64,000 bases of DNA from a virus. The stretch covers positions 1 to 64,000 of the IMG/VR virus record IMGVR_UViG_3300043353_000042. One strand, given 5' to 3'. This document shows positions 20,301 through 29,336 of the stretch, in pieces. Position 1 is the stretch's first letter. Each line of letters begins with the position of its first letter. The notes under the pieces were generated by a model, which saw only the letters and a list, made by a program, of their open reading frames with translations, was not told where the DNA came from and made no database searches. The position numbers and the translations under genes are program-made.

Positions 20301-21155
20301 GTCGCGGCGAAGGTCAATCCGCTCGCGTTCGGCGAGCACCCGCTCGACGCGTACCGCGAGTTCATGGCCGACCATGTCGGCGTCGAGCTGACGCGCATCG
20401 ACGCGCAGTCGATGGCAGAGCTCGACGGGGAATCGGTGTACGTGGCCGGGCTACTACTCGACGCGCGCGTGCAACAGATCGGTGACTTCCACACGGGTGA
20501 CTTGCCGACCGAGCTCGAACGCAAGCGCATGTTTTGGGGCGCGCGCTATGCCAACGTGAACTTGGAGTGTGACAGCGGCGAGAACTTTCGCGTGCGCTTC
20601 GACTTCGACATCTTCGAGGCGCATCGCGAGCTGATCGAAGCCGACTCGGGTACGCCAATCATCGTGCACGCGACGGTCGACGCGAAGTACAACCGGCTGA
20701 AAGCGCACTTCGCGATTGACCTCGAACGCTACCGCGTGGCTGCGCGCGCTGGCGAGCAAAGCGACTTCTGGAATCGCATCGTCGCGGGCGAGCATCCTGC
20801 GCGCGACTACCCGTGGCCGACACCCGAGCTCGCCAAGAAGCGCCGTTTCAATGGCCGGCTACTGCGCTCCGGAACGGGCATGTTCACGGGCATCGTGACG
20901 CACGTGCGGCGCAAGTTTGACGTGCGCGGTGAAGAGATGGCTTTTTTCGGCCTTTTGGGCGAGCGGGGATTCGTCAACGTGATCTCGTTTGCCTCGCAGT
21001 GGCATGCGATCCGCAAGATCGTGAAGCGAGGTCGCATGCTTACGATGCCGCTTGATAAGTCGACGGATTCCGAAAGAGGAATAGCGTTTTTCTTCAACGG
21101 CGGAAAAGTTCGGCACTTGAAAAAACATTCAGCGGACTGGGCGCCAAGCCCGTAG
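17340..21155 (+). CDS. dnaE: DNA polymerase III alpha subunit
   Basis: 1271 aa. PHP domain FVHLHTHSDMSQLDG. Palm/fingers blocks GPGRGSAGGSLVAYLLGIT, PDIDMDF, LVKLDVLGLRTL, YGFNKSHATAYA. Confidence 0.95.
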   Translation: MSHKTEDFVHLHTHSDMSQLDGCGRIGDYVKVAKARGNPALAFTEHGSMRGYLQLRKEAEKHEIKPIYGIEFYVSRDMHRKGLTDDEKKTLLTGVKKNDRRTTQRAYEEREGIRDRWHTTCWALTQEGMLNLQRLSSAAYVEGFYYKPRVDLDALCRYNEGLAISTGCLNGPAHDGFLQGRRRDAINFVDRLREAYGDRLYHEIQPHAIADQARVNEFELTLRERTGGKLLATQDAHYVNPEDADAHDLLLCIGTGAKVSDVDRFRFDGDEFYFRTRAQMRDAFIRHHGYLRKSHIREALDSTIELAERSDVKIEIDYMRALLPTPGMPKKYDGDEFAFLKDICLDGWTWRGIPARARSYAYKHGIGAGDALGRYATRLKTELTALKRQRLILYFLVVRDLYAFARKEQIFCGPGRGSAGGSLVAYLLGITSIDPIEHGLLFERFINPDRHDLPDIDMDFEDSRRREVIDYLVGKYGKDKVCQIATVGRLSGKSVLRDVSRVLGVPLPEVNAISPSILERPDGHPREYNTLEDSFNEFDACKAFDKRFPKVRKFASKLEGMAKTLGIHAAGVVVSPTTLTDLIPLEIRKHKGEDIIVSAIDMNEIASVGLVKLDVLGLRTLTVIRDCVNAVKERHEVALDMERIEMNDPKVLERFTGHDFAGVFQYDTPSAYKICADVIFEDFEDIAAMTALNRPGATRSGLAERYLVRKKDASKRDEVDFHPIINAICADTLGVIVYQEHVIKIFTELAGFSPGVADGLRKAIGKKKAEELKAARVDFVAGCEKLHGIAPKVANKIFGAIEAFGAYGFNKSHATAYATIAYWCQFLKVYYPTEFYWALLRNEPDRAHLKALAKEAKRAGMQILNPHVSFSRDVFSIDPDGNIRGSLVDIKGVGKGAAATVMQCQPFKSFLDFAQRVDRRRCNRGVVVVLIKAGAFEGLIPNQKFFEEHLDELWRSLTKKRARREAIYDFWARAKEAEDYTAEERMLVAAKVNPLAFGEHPLDAYREFMADHVGVELTRIDAQSMAELDGESVYVAGLLLDARVQQIGDFHTGDLPTELERKRMFWGARYANVNLECDSGENFRVRFDFDIFEAHRELIEADSGTPIIVHATVDAKYNRLKAHFAIDLERYRVAARAGEQSDFWNRIVAGEHPARDYPWPTPELAKKRRFNGRLLRSGTGMFTGIVTHVRRKFDVRGEEMAFFGLLGERGFVNVISFASQWHAIRKIVKRGRMLTMPLDKSTDSERGIAFFFNGGKVRHLKKHSADWAPSP

Positions 21156-21175
21156 TTAGGCAGGGAGACAGGCAA

Positions 21176-21529
21176 ATGGCAGGTATTCATGAAATCGCAA
21201 AAGCAGCCGGACTGAAAGCCGACGTAGTCACAGACGTGTTCGAGGCTGTGTTTCAGCTCGTCCGCTCCGGTGAGTCGGTTCGCGTGTCGGGCTTTGGGTC
21301 GTTCGACAAGAAGACGTTTCCGGGCCGCACGGTGAAATCCCCTGTGATCAACGAGGGTGCGCCGATCACGTTCGGCGAGTCGTATCGCATTGCCTTTCGG
21401 CAAAGCGATCAGGCCAAGCGTCGGCTGAACATGTCGCGCAAGAAGCGCGAGGCGAAGCGGGCCGCGGCGGCGGAAGCGGTCGAGCAAACAAAGCGGAAAA
21501 AGAAGAAGGTCAAGAAGGGTCGCAAATGA
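21176..21529 (+). CDS. HU/IHF-family DNA-binding protein with Lys-rich C-terminal tail
   Basis: VRVSGFGSFDKKTFPGRTVKSPVINEGAPITFGESYRIAFRQS arm motif. Tail KKREAKR...KRKKKKVKKGRK. Confidence 0.8.
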   Translation: MAGIHEIAKAAGLKADVVTDVFEAVFQLVRSGESVRVSGFGSFDKKTFPGRTVKSPVINEGAPITFGESYRIAFRQSDQAKRRLNMSRKKREAKRAAAAEAVEQTKRKKKKVKKGRK

Positions 21530-22176
21530 GCGAACAGACCGAATACGTCGAACGCTTCGCGCGCCAGCGGATCAAGGTGCAAGGCACGGTCGTCGATGTG
21601 TACATCATCGGCGACGGGGCCGAGCTTCCGATCGGTGCCGACCTGTCGGAAGAGATGGATCGCGTGTCGGCACAGCTCGCGTATTGGGGTTCGGTCGCAG
21701 CCGATGCACAGGCCGAGCTGACGCAGGTCGACGCGTGGTATCGGCGTTTTCGCGCGCAGACCTCGACCGAGATGCTGACCAGAGATCCGAAGGCGTCCGA
21801 GTGGAAGGTGCGCAACGCTGTCGAGGGCTCGGACGGCTTCATCAAGCACAAGGACGCTATCGCGCTGGCCGAGAAGAATCTCGGCGTGTGCGAGGCCATG
21901 GTGCGCGCGTTCGAGAAGAAAGCGAATCAGCTGCAGAGCAGGGGCGCGCGCGTGCGCTCGGAACTGAACTCGCAAGGCATGACGACGCCCGAGACGCCGC
22001 GCGAGGTCCGCGGCTGGAATCTCTCGGCGCGTGGCAGCGAGAAGGACGACGACGGGTATGTGTCAGCACCATCGGACGGGGTTCGGCGGCCGTCCACTGC
22101 AGACAAGATTCGCCGCATGGAAGAAATCAACGGTGCGCGCCCCAAAGGCAAGGCATCACGCAGCAAGGAGAGGTGA
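21526..22176 (+). CDS. hypothetical coiled-coil protein
   Basis: 216-aa ORF, ATGA-coupled to the HU-like gene. Sits between HU and SSB-like genes. Confidence 0.5.
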   Translation: MSEQTEYVERFARQRIKVQGTVVDVYIIGDGAELPIGADLSEEMDRVSAQLAYWGSVAADAQAELTQVDAWYRRFRAQTSTEMLTRDPKASEWKVRNAVEGSDGFIKHKDAIALAEKNLGVCEAMVRAFEKKANQLQSRGARVRSELNSQGMTTPETPREVRGWNLSARGSEKDDDGYVSAPSDGVRRPSTADKIRRMEEINGARPKGKASRSKER

Positions 22177-22181
22177 CTAGC

Positions 22182-23918
22182 ATGGGCGTCAACATGGATG
22201 CGATGCGCAAGGGCTACGACGAGCAACAGCGCAGCGGCGGCGACTATCTGAACTTCGAGGCAGGCGAAACGCTCTTGTACGTGCACCCGCCCTGTCGCGA
22301 CAACGACAAGAGCGCGCTGACCAAGGGCAAGAACTACGTCCCGGTCACGGTGCACTACGGCGTCGGCAAGAACAATCGCATGGTGATCGGGCTCGATCCC
22401 GAGACGAACCCGGTCGTCGAACACCCGTTCGTCGTGAAGGTGCTCGAAAAGCGTAAGGTGCAGCTCACGGGCAAGTGCCCGATGAAGAAAGCGCTCGACT
22501 CCGGAAAGACGTTTTCGGACGAAGAAGCCGACGAGTCGCGACCACAGACAAAGTATCTTTGGGGCGTGACGCCGATGGGCTTCCGCAAGAAGTCATCAAG
22601 CGATTGGCAGGAGCACGAGAAGCAGGGCGAGCCCACTGTCGCGATGGTCGGCAAGCAGATCTTCGACGGCATCATGGAGTGCTTTTTCGACAACGGCGAC
22701 ATCAGCGATCCGCGTGCCGCAGTGCTGATCCGTGTCGTCAAGACGGGCAAGAAGCGGCAGACGAAGTACGAAGTCAAAGTCGATCCTGAAACGGCGAAGG
22801 CGCCGCGCAAGCTGCCGAAGGCGGTGCGCGCTGCGATCGCGAAGGCGATGACAGAAGGCGGCGACTGCGATCTGTTTCGGGTCGTTGGAAACATGATCAA
22901 GTCGCCCGACGAGGTGACGGCGATCATCAAGGGCGTCGAGGTTGACGAAGACGGCGACGACGACACGGGAAAGGGCAAGAGCATGGGCAAGAGCGCCAAG
23001 AGCAAGGGCAAGAGCAAGGTCGACGACGACGAAGACGAGGTCGACGACGAAGAAGAGCTCGACGACGAAGACGAACTCGACGACGAAGACGACGACGAAG
23101 ACGACGACGAGCCGAAGGCCAAATCGAAAGACAAGGCCAAGGGCAAGAAGTCGGACGACGAAGACGACGACGAAGACGACGAAGACGACCTCGACGAAGA
23201 CGACGAAGACGACGACGAAGACGACGAGCCGAAGGCCAAATCGAAAGACAAGGCCAAGGGCAAGAAGTCGAAGTCGGATGAAGACGACGACGACGAAGAC
23301 GACGACGAAGAGGCCGACGACGACGACGAAGACGAAGACGACGAAGACGACGACGAAGAACCGAAGGCCAAGTCGAAAGACAAGGCCAAGGGCAAGAAGT
23401 CGAAGTCGGATGAAGACGACGACGAAGACGACGAAGACGAAGAGGCCGACGACGACGAAGACGACGAAGACGACGAGCCGAAAGCCAAGTCGAAGAAGAG
23501 CGACAAGGACAAGGCCGCCGCCAAGGGCAAAAAGTCGAAGTCGGATGAAGACGACGAAGACGAAGACGAAGAGGCCGACGAAGACGACGAAGACGACGAC
23601 GACGAAGACGACGACGAGCCCCCTGCGAAAGCGAAGAAGGGCGGCAAAGACAAAGCCGCTGCGAAGAAGGCCAAGGGCAAGAAGTCGGACGACGACGACG
23701 ATCTGGGCCTCGACGACCTCGATGAAGCACTCGCCGGGCTCGATGGCGACGACGAAGATGATGAAGAAACGCCCGCCCCGAAAAAGGGCGACAAGGGCAA
23801 GAAGAGCGAGGCCAAAGTGAAAGACAAAGGCAAAGCCGAGAAGGTCGAGGCCAAGTCGAAAGACAAGGGCAAGGCCAAGGCGAAAGACACGAAGCCCGCG
23901 AAGAAGGGCAAGAAGTAG
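22182..23918 (+). CDS. gp32-like ssDNA-binding protein candidate with ~330-aa poly-acidic/Lys-rich repeat tail
   Basis: ATG 22182 inside ORF 21684..23918, preceded by AGGAGAGG. N-terminal ~250 aa resemble an OB-fold SSB pattern. Tail has 5 units of D/E runs plus PKAKSKDKAKGKKSKS. Confidence 0.5.
   Translation: MGVNMDAMRKGYDEQQRSGGDYLNFEAGETLLYVHPPCRDNDKSALTKGKNYVPVTVHYGVGKNNRMVIGLDPETNPVVEHPFVVKVLEKRKVQLTGKCPMKKALDSGKTFSDEEADESRPQTKYLWGVTPMGFRKKSSSDWQEHEKQGEPTVAMVGKQIFDGIMECFFDNGDISDPRAAVLIRVVKTGKKRQTKYEVKVDPETAKAPRKLPKAVRAAIAKAMTEGGDCDLFRVVGNMIKSPDEVTAIIKGVEVDEDGDDDTGKGKSMGKSAKSKGKSKVDDDEDEVDDEEELDDEDELDDEDDDEDDDEPKAKSKDKAKGKKSDDEDDDEDDEDDLDEDDEDDDEDDEPKAKSKDKAKGKKSKSDEDDDDEDDDEEADDDDEDEDDEDDDEEPKAKSKDKAKGKKSKSDEDDDEDDEDEEADDDEDDEDDEPKAKSKKSDKDKAAAKGKKSKSDEDDEDEDEEADEDDEDDDDEDDDEPPAKAKKGGKDKAAAKKAKGKKSDDDDDLGLDDLDEALAGLDGDDEDDEETPAPKKGDKGKKSEAKVKDKGKAEKVEAKSKDKGKAKAKDTKPAKKGKK
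23095..23700 (+). repeat. coding tandem repeat, period ~117-141 bp, 5 units
   Basis: GAGCCGAAGGCCAA(A/G)TCGAAAGACAAGGCCAAGGGCAAGAAGTCG recurs at 23109, 23226, 23358; diverged copies at 23475 and 23616. Units separated by GAC/GAA runs. Confidence 0.9.
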
Positions 23919-24000
23919 TAGGTAGTTCCGCAGTGCTCTGTTGACCCTCGAACGATGTCGGGAACCGGGGCCGAGCCAGTACGGGCGGCCCCTTTCTTTT

Positions 24001-25077
24001 ATGGCCAAGAAGACCGCGAAGACCGCGAAGCGCAAGGCTCGACTCGACTCGCCGTCGGACGTGATTGCGGACTACCTCGCCGGCATGAAGGCCGACAAGG
24101 CCGTGACGAGTCCGGTGCGTGTGTTGAGCGATGTCGCGTATCGCAAGCGCGTGCGCGGCGTGTTGTCGACTCACTCGGCTACGCTCGACGCAGCGATCGG
24201 CCGCGGCGGGTTTCCGCTGTCGCGCGTGTCGATCCTGCACGGCAAGGAAGGGTCGGGCAAAACGACGATCGCGCTTCACCTGTGCGTCGAAGCGCAGCGG
24301 CGCGGCGGTGTGGCCGTGTTCCTCGACAAAGAACACAAGATGGATCCCGACTACGCGGCGAAGCTCGGTGTCGACCTGTCGCGGCTCGTGATGCCGCCGA
24401 CGCCGACCCTCGAAGACGTGATCACGTACATCAAGGCCACCATCAGGCGTGCGCGAGAGATTCGGAAGAAGACGAAGCGGGCCGTTCCATTCGTGATCAT
24501 CGTCGACAGCCTGAACGCCTGCAAGGCGTTCGAAACGCTGGAAACGCCGACGGGCAAGAAGCGCTACCCGACCGAGGCGCGCATATGGTCCGAAGAGCTG
24601 CCCGGGATCTGTGAAGCGCTTTCGAGTGAACACGTGGCGCTTGTGTTCGTGTCACAGGTGCGCAAGAAGATGAACGTCATGTTTGGCAGCGATGAAGAGA
24701 TGGCGGGGGGCAACGCGCCCCGGTTCTTCGCATCGCTGATCGTGTACGTGACGCGTGTTGGCACCGAGAAGGACGGCGAGAAAACGAAGGTTGGAAGCTC
24801 GATTGAAACCGAGTGCAAGAAGAATCAGATCGGGCCGCCGTTCCGCAAGGCGCGCTTCGCGATCTACTGGAATCGCGGCGTCGACTACGAGCACAGTCTC
24901 GTGCTGCAGCTCGAAGTGATGGGGCTCGTCAAAAAGGGAAAGCACAGCGCGCTGACCGTAGGCGGCATTGATCTCGGTCAGGGCCACACCGCGGCGGCGA
25001 AGACGATTCGCGAGCGGCCGAAGCTGCGCGCGAAGCTCGTCGAAGTGTTCTACAAGCGCATGGGTTGGGACACATGA
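24001..25077 (+). CDS. recA: RecA recombinase
   Basis: GGFPLSRVSILHGKEGSGKTTIALH (Walker A), AVFLDKEHKMDPDYAAKLGVD, Walker B VIIVDSLNA. ATG 24001 chosen. Confidence 0.85.
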   Translation: MAKKTAKTAKRKARLDSPSDVIADYLAGMKADKAVTSPVRVLSDVAYRKRVRGVLSTHSATLDAAIGRGGFPLSRVSILHGKEGSGKTTIALHLCVEAQRRGGVAVFLDKEHKMDPDYAAKLGVDLSRLVMPPTPTLEDVITYIKATIRRAREIRKKTKRAVPFVIIVDSLNACKAFETLETPTGKKRYPTEARIWSEELPGICEALSSEHVALVFVSQVRKKMNVMFGSDEEMAGGNAPRFFASLIVYVTRVGTEKDGEKTKVGSSIETECKKNQIGPPFRKARFAIYWNRGVDYEHSLVLQLEVMGLVKKGKHSALTVGGIDLGQGHTAAAKTIRERPKLRAKLVEVFYKRMGWDT

Positions 25078-25271
25078 CCAATGGGTCCTGGACATGTCAC
25101 GCAAGGCCGCCCGTTCTGAACGGTAAGCCTTGCGGACACGTCAACAGGTTCCGCAAGGGTCCGCGCGCGAACATTGAGTGTTGTGCAGCGTGTGGCTGCA
25201 CAAAGATCGCATCGGATTTCCGAGCCAGCACGAAGGGCCGCAACACGCGTGCCAAGGCGGCTAGATCGTGA
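25074..25271 (+). CDS. small Cys-rich protein
   Basis: 65 aa, ATGA overlap with the recA stop. Cys at WTCH...PCGH...ECCAACGC. Confidence 0.35.
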   Translation: MTNGSWTCHARPPVLNGKPCGHVNRFRKGPRANIECCAACGCTKIASDFRASTKGRNTRAKAARS

Positions 25272-26392
25272 GCGCCGAAAGCTATCGGTCGTTGCACATC
25301 AGCGACATCCACATGAGTAACTCGCTGCCGCATGCGCGGCAGACCGACAAGCGCGGTGTGACCGACAGGCTTGCCGATCAGATCGGGTTGTGGGATCGCG
25401 TGTTCCGCACGGCCGAGCGCGCGCGCTGCGAGCACATCTTCATTCAGGGCGATCTGTTCGATCACTCGCGCACCGACGCGATCACGCTGACTGAGACGTT
25501 TCGCGCGATTGGTCGAGCTCCGGTGCCGGTGTTCGTCGTGCCGGGCAACCATGACGGCGTGAACACGCGCGGCGAGCGCTTCACGGTCGAGGCGCTGTCG
25601 GAGATCAAGGGCTGCAGCTACATGGAAACGGGCGCGACATTCAGCCCGCGACCATGGCTGACGTTTTGGCCGTTGGAGTTCAGCCCGATCGAGCGGACGC
25701 GCGAGGCGCTGAAGGCGATGGAGCTGAAGCGCGATGTGACGAACGTGCTACTGATGCACAACTCGATCGTTGGCTGCACGCATAGCGGATGGACATGCGA
25801 AGAAGGCCAGGGGCTCGAAGCGTCCGAGCTGACCGACCACTTCGATCACGTGTTGTCCGGACACTTTCACGACCCGCAAGAGTTTGGACGCAACGGGCGT
25901 TATTTGGGCGCACCGATGCATCACCGGTTCGACGACGTCGGGCGACCGGCTGGCTTTTGGGTCATGGAGTGGCGTCGATCTGGTGTGCGTAAAGAAGTGT
26001 TCGTCGACGGCGGGTGCCCGCGCTTCCACACGGTGCGCTTCGCGGACAAGGACGCGCTGACAGGGCTCAAGGCGCGCGCGGGCGACTACGTGCGCGTGGT
26101 CGTTCGGTGCACGCACACGAAGCTCGTGAAGCGTCAGATCGCAGCGGCGCGCTACGTCGACGAGCTCGCTGCGAAGGGGCTTCGCGCCAGCTGGGTTCAC
26201 GATCCTGTCTATCATCACGTGTCGCGCTTGCCGACGAGCAAAGACGGCAAGGTCGAAGTGCTGACGCCTCGCAAGATGGTGCCGAGCTACGTCGAAGCGG
26301 TCGAGGTCGATACGAGTGGGCTCGATCGCAAAGCACTGAAGCGAATCGGTCGCGAAATCTTCGTTGCAGTCGAGGGCGAATGGCGCGGCTAG
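25268..26392 (+). CDS. sbcD: SbcD/Mre11-family nuclease
   Basis: Calcineurin-like phosphoesterase motifs LHISDIHMS, QGDLFD, VPGNHD, LMHNS, SGHFH. Confidence 0.85.
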   Translation: MSAESYRSLHISDIHMSNSLPHARQTDKRGVTDRLADQIGLWDRVFRTAERARCEHIFIQGDLFDHSRTDAITLTETFRAIGRAPVPVFVVPGNHDGVNTRGERFTVEALSEIKGCSYMETGATFSPRPWLTFWPLEFSPIERTREALKAMELKRDVTNVLLMHNSIVGCTHSGWTCEEGQGLEASELTDHFDHVLSGHFHDPQEFGRNGRYLGAPMHHRFDDVGRPAGFWVMEWRRSGVRKEVFVDGGCPRFHTVRFADKDALTGLKARAGDYVRVVVRCTHTKLVKRQIAAARYVDELAAKGLRASWVHDPVYHHVSRLPTSKDGKVEVLTPRKMVPSYVEAVEVDTSGLDRKALKRIGREIFVAVEGEWRG

Positions 26393-28251
26393 TCAGCATG
26401 CAGGCCGAGAACTTCGCGGGCTTCGAGGCGTTCGATATGACGCTCGGCAAGCAGGGGCTCGTGTTCGTGATCGGCGACAACCGCGACACCGAAGCTGCGA
26501 CGTCGAACGGCGCGTGCAAGTCGGGCCTGTTCAAGGCGCTCGGATGGGGCCTGTATGGCGAAGCCATCGACGGCGAGGCGGGCGATCGCGTCATTCGCCG
26601 GGGCACGAAGAGCGCGCGTGTGGTCGTGAACATCATCGACGGCACGGACGCGTACAGCGTCGTGCGTGAGCGATGGAAGCAAAGCCCGAAGCTGTACCTC
26701 GAAAAGAATGGCGAGAACGTGTCGGCGTCGAAGGGCGACTTGCAGCGCGAGGTCAATGCGCTGATCGGCGTCGACTGGGAAGGCTTCCGCAACACGGTGC
26801 TGTACGGGCAGGGCGACCGTGACCGGTTCGTGTATCCGACCACGAAGGACAGTGACCGCAAGCGGATCTTGCATCGCATCCTTGGCACGGGCGTGTTCGA
26901 GTTGTGCCATGCCGAAGCGAAACAGCGACGCCTCGCGATCGAGAAGGAACGCGACGGCGCGCTTGCCGACGTCGAGCGCCTGACGCAGCGCATCGGCGAT
27001 CACGATTTGGTCGCGCTGTGCGCGCGCAAGGACGGCTACATCGACGAAGTTGCAGTGCGCGTGCGCGAGCTCACGGAGGCCGCGCGCGAGCTCGGCGAGA
27101 AGGCCAAGACGGTCGGCGCGACCATCGACGCGCAAGCGCTTCGGGACGAGCTCGACGTGCTCGACAACAAGCTCACGGCCGGGCGCACGGCCATTGCGGA
27201 CGCGAACGACGCCAAGCGAAGGGCCCGGGGAGAGTCACGAGAATGGTCGCAGGTCAAGGCCAATCTGAATGCAGAGCTACGGGCCCAAACGTCGGCGCTG
27301 TCGCAGCTCAAGGGCGAGCGGTGTCCGGTCTGCACGGGCGAGCTGACGAAGGGTCATGCTGCCACGCACAGGGCCGGGCTCTTGGCCCGGGGCGATCAGC
27401 TGATGGCCGAGCTTCGGGCGTCCGAGACGAGCGAACAGGAGGCCGCCAAAGCCGAGCGAGCGATCGAACGTCGCGTCGGTGAGCTCGAAGACGCGCAAGG
27501 GCGCCTGACCGAGCGTCGTGCGCGCGCGAGCGCCGAACTGGACTCGCTCGACGGGGCCAAGGCGCGCGTGCGTGAGCTCGTCGCGCGCTCGACCGAAAAG
27601 GCCAGTGAAGCGCGTGTGCTCCGAGATGCGCCGAACCCCTACCTCGCGCCTTATCTGACGGCGCGAAAGAAGGTTCGCGCGCTGAAGGCCGAGCGACGGG
27701 CCGCGCGCGCGACGGCCGAAGCGAAGACGACCGAGCTTGAACTTCTGACATTTTGGGTGCGCGGGTTCGGACCGACGGGTATACCGTCCTTTGCGCTCGA
27801 CACCGTCATGCCGCTTCTGACTGATCGGGCGAATCACTACTTGCAGACGCTGTCGTGTGGCGACATCGCGATCCACTTCAGTACGCAACGCGAGCTGAAG
27901 GGCGGCGACCTGCGCGACGAGATTGGCATCACGTGGACGATCGAAGGGATCGAAGGCTACCCGCCAAGCGGCGGACAGTGGAAGAAGATGGAGATCGCCA
28001 CGAACTTTGCGCTGATGGATCTCGTGCGGACACGCGAGGGCTCGCACGTGAATATCTTGTGCCTCGACGAGTGTCTTGACGGGCTCGACGCGGAGGGCCG
28101 GCAACGGGTTGTCGAGCTCTTGCAGGCGATGCGCAAGGAGCGGGAAAGCGTCTTCCTGATCTCGCATGACCCCGACCTCGCAGAAGCGTTCGAGCGCACG
28201 CTTATCGTCATCAAGGAAAACGGCGTGTCTCGCTTGGAGCGCGCGATGTGA
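26380..28251 (+). CDS. sbcC: SbcC/Rad50-family ATPase
   Basis: N-terminal P-loop region, long coiled coil with zinc hook CPVC, Walker B/D-loop ILCLDECLDGLD. Start 26380 or 26398. Confidence 0.8.
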   Translation: MARLVSMQAENFAGFEAFDMTLGKQGLVFVIGDNRDTEAATSNGACKSGLFKALGWGLYGEAIDGEAGDRVIRRGTKSARVVVNIIDGTDAYSVVRERWKQSPKLYLEKNGENVSASKGDLQREVNALIGVDWEGFRNTVLYGQGDRDRFVYPTTKDSDRKRILHRILGTGVFELCHAEAKQRRLAIEKERDGALADVERLTQRIGDHDLVALCARKDGYIDEVAVRVRELTEAARELGEKAKTVGATIDAQALRDELDVLDNKLTAGRTAIADANDAKRRARGESREWSQVKANLNAELRAQTSALSQLKGERCPVCTGELTKGHAATHRAGLLARGDQLMAELRASETSEQEAAKAERAIERRVGELEDAQGRLTERRARASAELDSLDGAKARVRELVARSTEKASEARVLRDAPNPYLAPYLTARKKVRALKAERRAARATAEAKTTELELLTFWVRGFGPTGIPSFALDTVMPLLTDRANHYLQTLSCGDIAIHFSTQRELKGGDLRDEIGITWTIEGIEGYPPSGGQWKKMEIATNFALMDLVRTREGSHVNILCLDECLDGLDAEGRQRVVELLQAMRKERESVFLISHDPDLAEAFERTLIVIKENGVSRLERAM

Positions 28252-28257
28252 GGCACG

Positions 28258-29094
28258 GTGAAACGCAAGGACGCGACATCGAAGCGACGCGACGTGCTCG
28301 TGCAGGGTTGGGATATCAGCCTGAACCACGGGGCCGTTGTGCAGTTGCGCGACGGCGAGCTTGATCAGTATTGGTTCTACAGCGACAAGGCAGGCAGCGT
28401 CGCGCGTGGCAAGAAGCACGGATCACGGGTTGAGCTGCCGACGCCGACACGCCAGCCTGACAGGCATATCCGGTCGATCATCCGGCTCGATTGGGTGAGC
28501 CGTTGGATTGAACGCGTGGCGCTCGCGACGGCGCCCGGTTACATCGCGCTCGAAGACTACGCCATCGGCGCAGATCAGGGCGCGCACTATCTTGGCGAGA
28601 TCGGCGGGCAAGCGCGACGGCTCATGTGGGCGCACGGCGTGCGTTACCGTTTGCACGACCCTATAGCCGTCAAGTTGTTTGTCGCACACGACGCCACTGC
28701 ACAGAAAGACTTGGTCGAGACGTGCGTGCACGATCGATGGGGCGTCGACTTCGGCGACTGCAACGCAGTGAGCTCCGGTCGCGGTAAGCCATCGCGCCAG
28801 ACGTCCGAAGATCTCGCCGATGCATTCGGACTAGCCCAAATGGCTTGGACTGAGTATCGGTTGCGTAAGGGCTTGTTGCACCTGTCGTCGCTGCACACGA
28901 AAGAGATCCAGGTGTTCAATCGTGCAACGAAGGCGTTTCCGATCAACGTACTCGGACGAGAGTGGATTCGTAATGCGAGCGAGCATGGCCGGACGAGGTT
29001 GTGTGGCAATGGACGTTGCGCAGTATCTTTGCTCGAAGATCGAAAACTCATAAGCGAACGTACGGTGGTTGCGCTATCTAGAGCGACCCGCTGA
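28258..29094 (+). CDS. RuvC-like Holliday-junction resolvase candidate
   Basis: Acidic residues in RuvC-like context: GWDISLNHG, YIALEDYAIG, SEDLADAFGLAQ. Confidence 0.55.
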   Translation: MKRKDATSKRRDVLVQGWDISLNHGAVVQLRDGELDQYWFYSDKAGSVARGKKHGSRVELPTPTRQPDRHIRSIIRLDWVSRWIERVALATAPGYIALEDYAIGADQGAHYLGEIGGQARRLMWAHGVRYRLHDPIAVKLFVAHDATAQKDLVETCVHDRWGVDFGDCNAVSSGRGKPSRQTSEDLADAFGLAQMAWTEYRLRKGLLHLSSLHTKEIQVFNRATKAFPINVLGREWIRNASEHGRTRLCGNGRCAVSLLEDRKLISERTVVALSRATR

Positions 29095-29135
29095 AGCGAA
29101 CGGGCAAAGAAGATGCTTTTCGGAGGCGCGAGCAA

Positions 29136-29330
29136 ATGAGTGACGAGGTCAAGAGCAAACATCAGCAGTGGGTCGACGACATCCGATCGGCCGAAGGCGC
29201 AGTCGGCGGCATCAAACTATCGCAATGGGAAGAAGAGTTCGTCGAGTCGATCGAAGACCGACTCGGCAAGATGCTTTCACTCACGCCCGATCAGTCGGCC
29301 AAGCTCGAAGAGATTTGGGATCGGATCTAG
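29136..29330 (+). CDS. hypothetical protein
   Basis: 64-aa acidic ORF, preceded by GGAGG. Confidence 0.45.
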   Translation: MSDEVKSKHQQWVDDIRSAEGAVGGIKLSQWEEEFVESIEDRLGKMLSLTPDQSAKLEEIWDRI

Positions 29331-29336
29331 GACGCG

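Noticed and set aside
22355-24633. Very long antisense or alternative-frame ORFs (22355..23911 -, 22596..24035 -, 22927..24633 -, 22942..23820 +)
   Set aside because: They are poly-Ser, poly-Val/Phe, poly-Arg or poly-Thr/Lys read-throughs of the GAC/GAA/AAG repeat. They are low-complexity artefacts of the acidic tail coding region.
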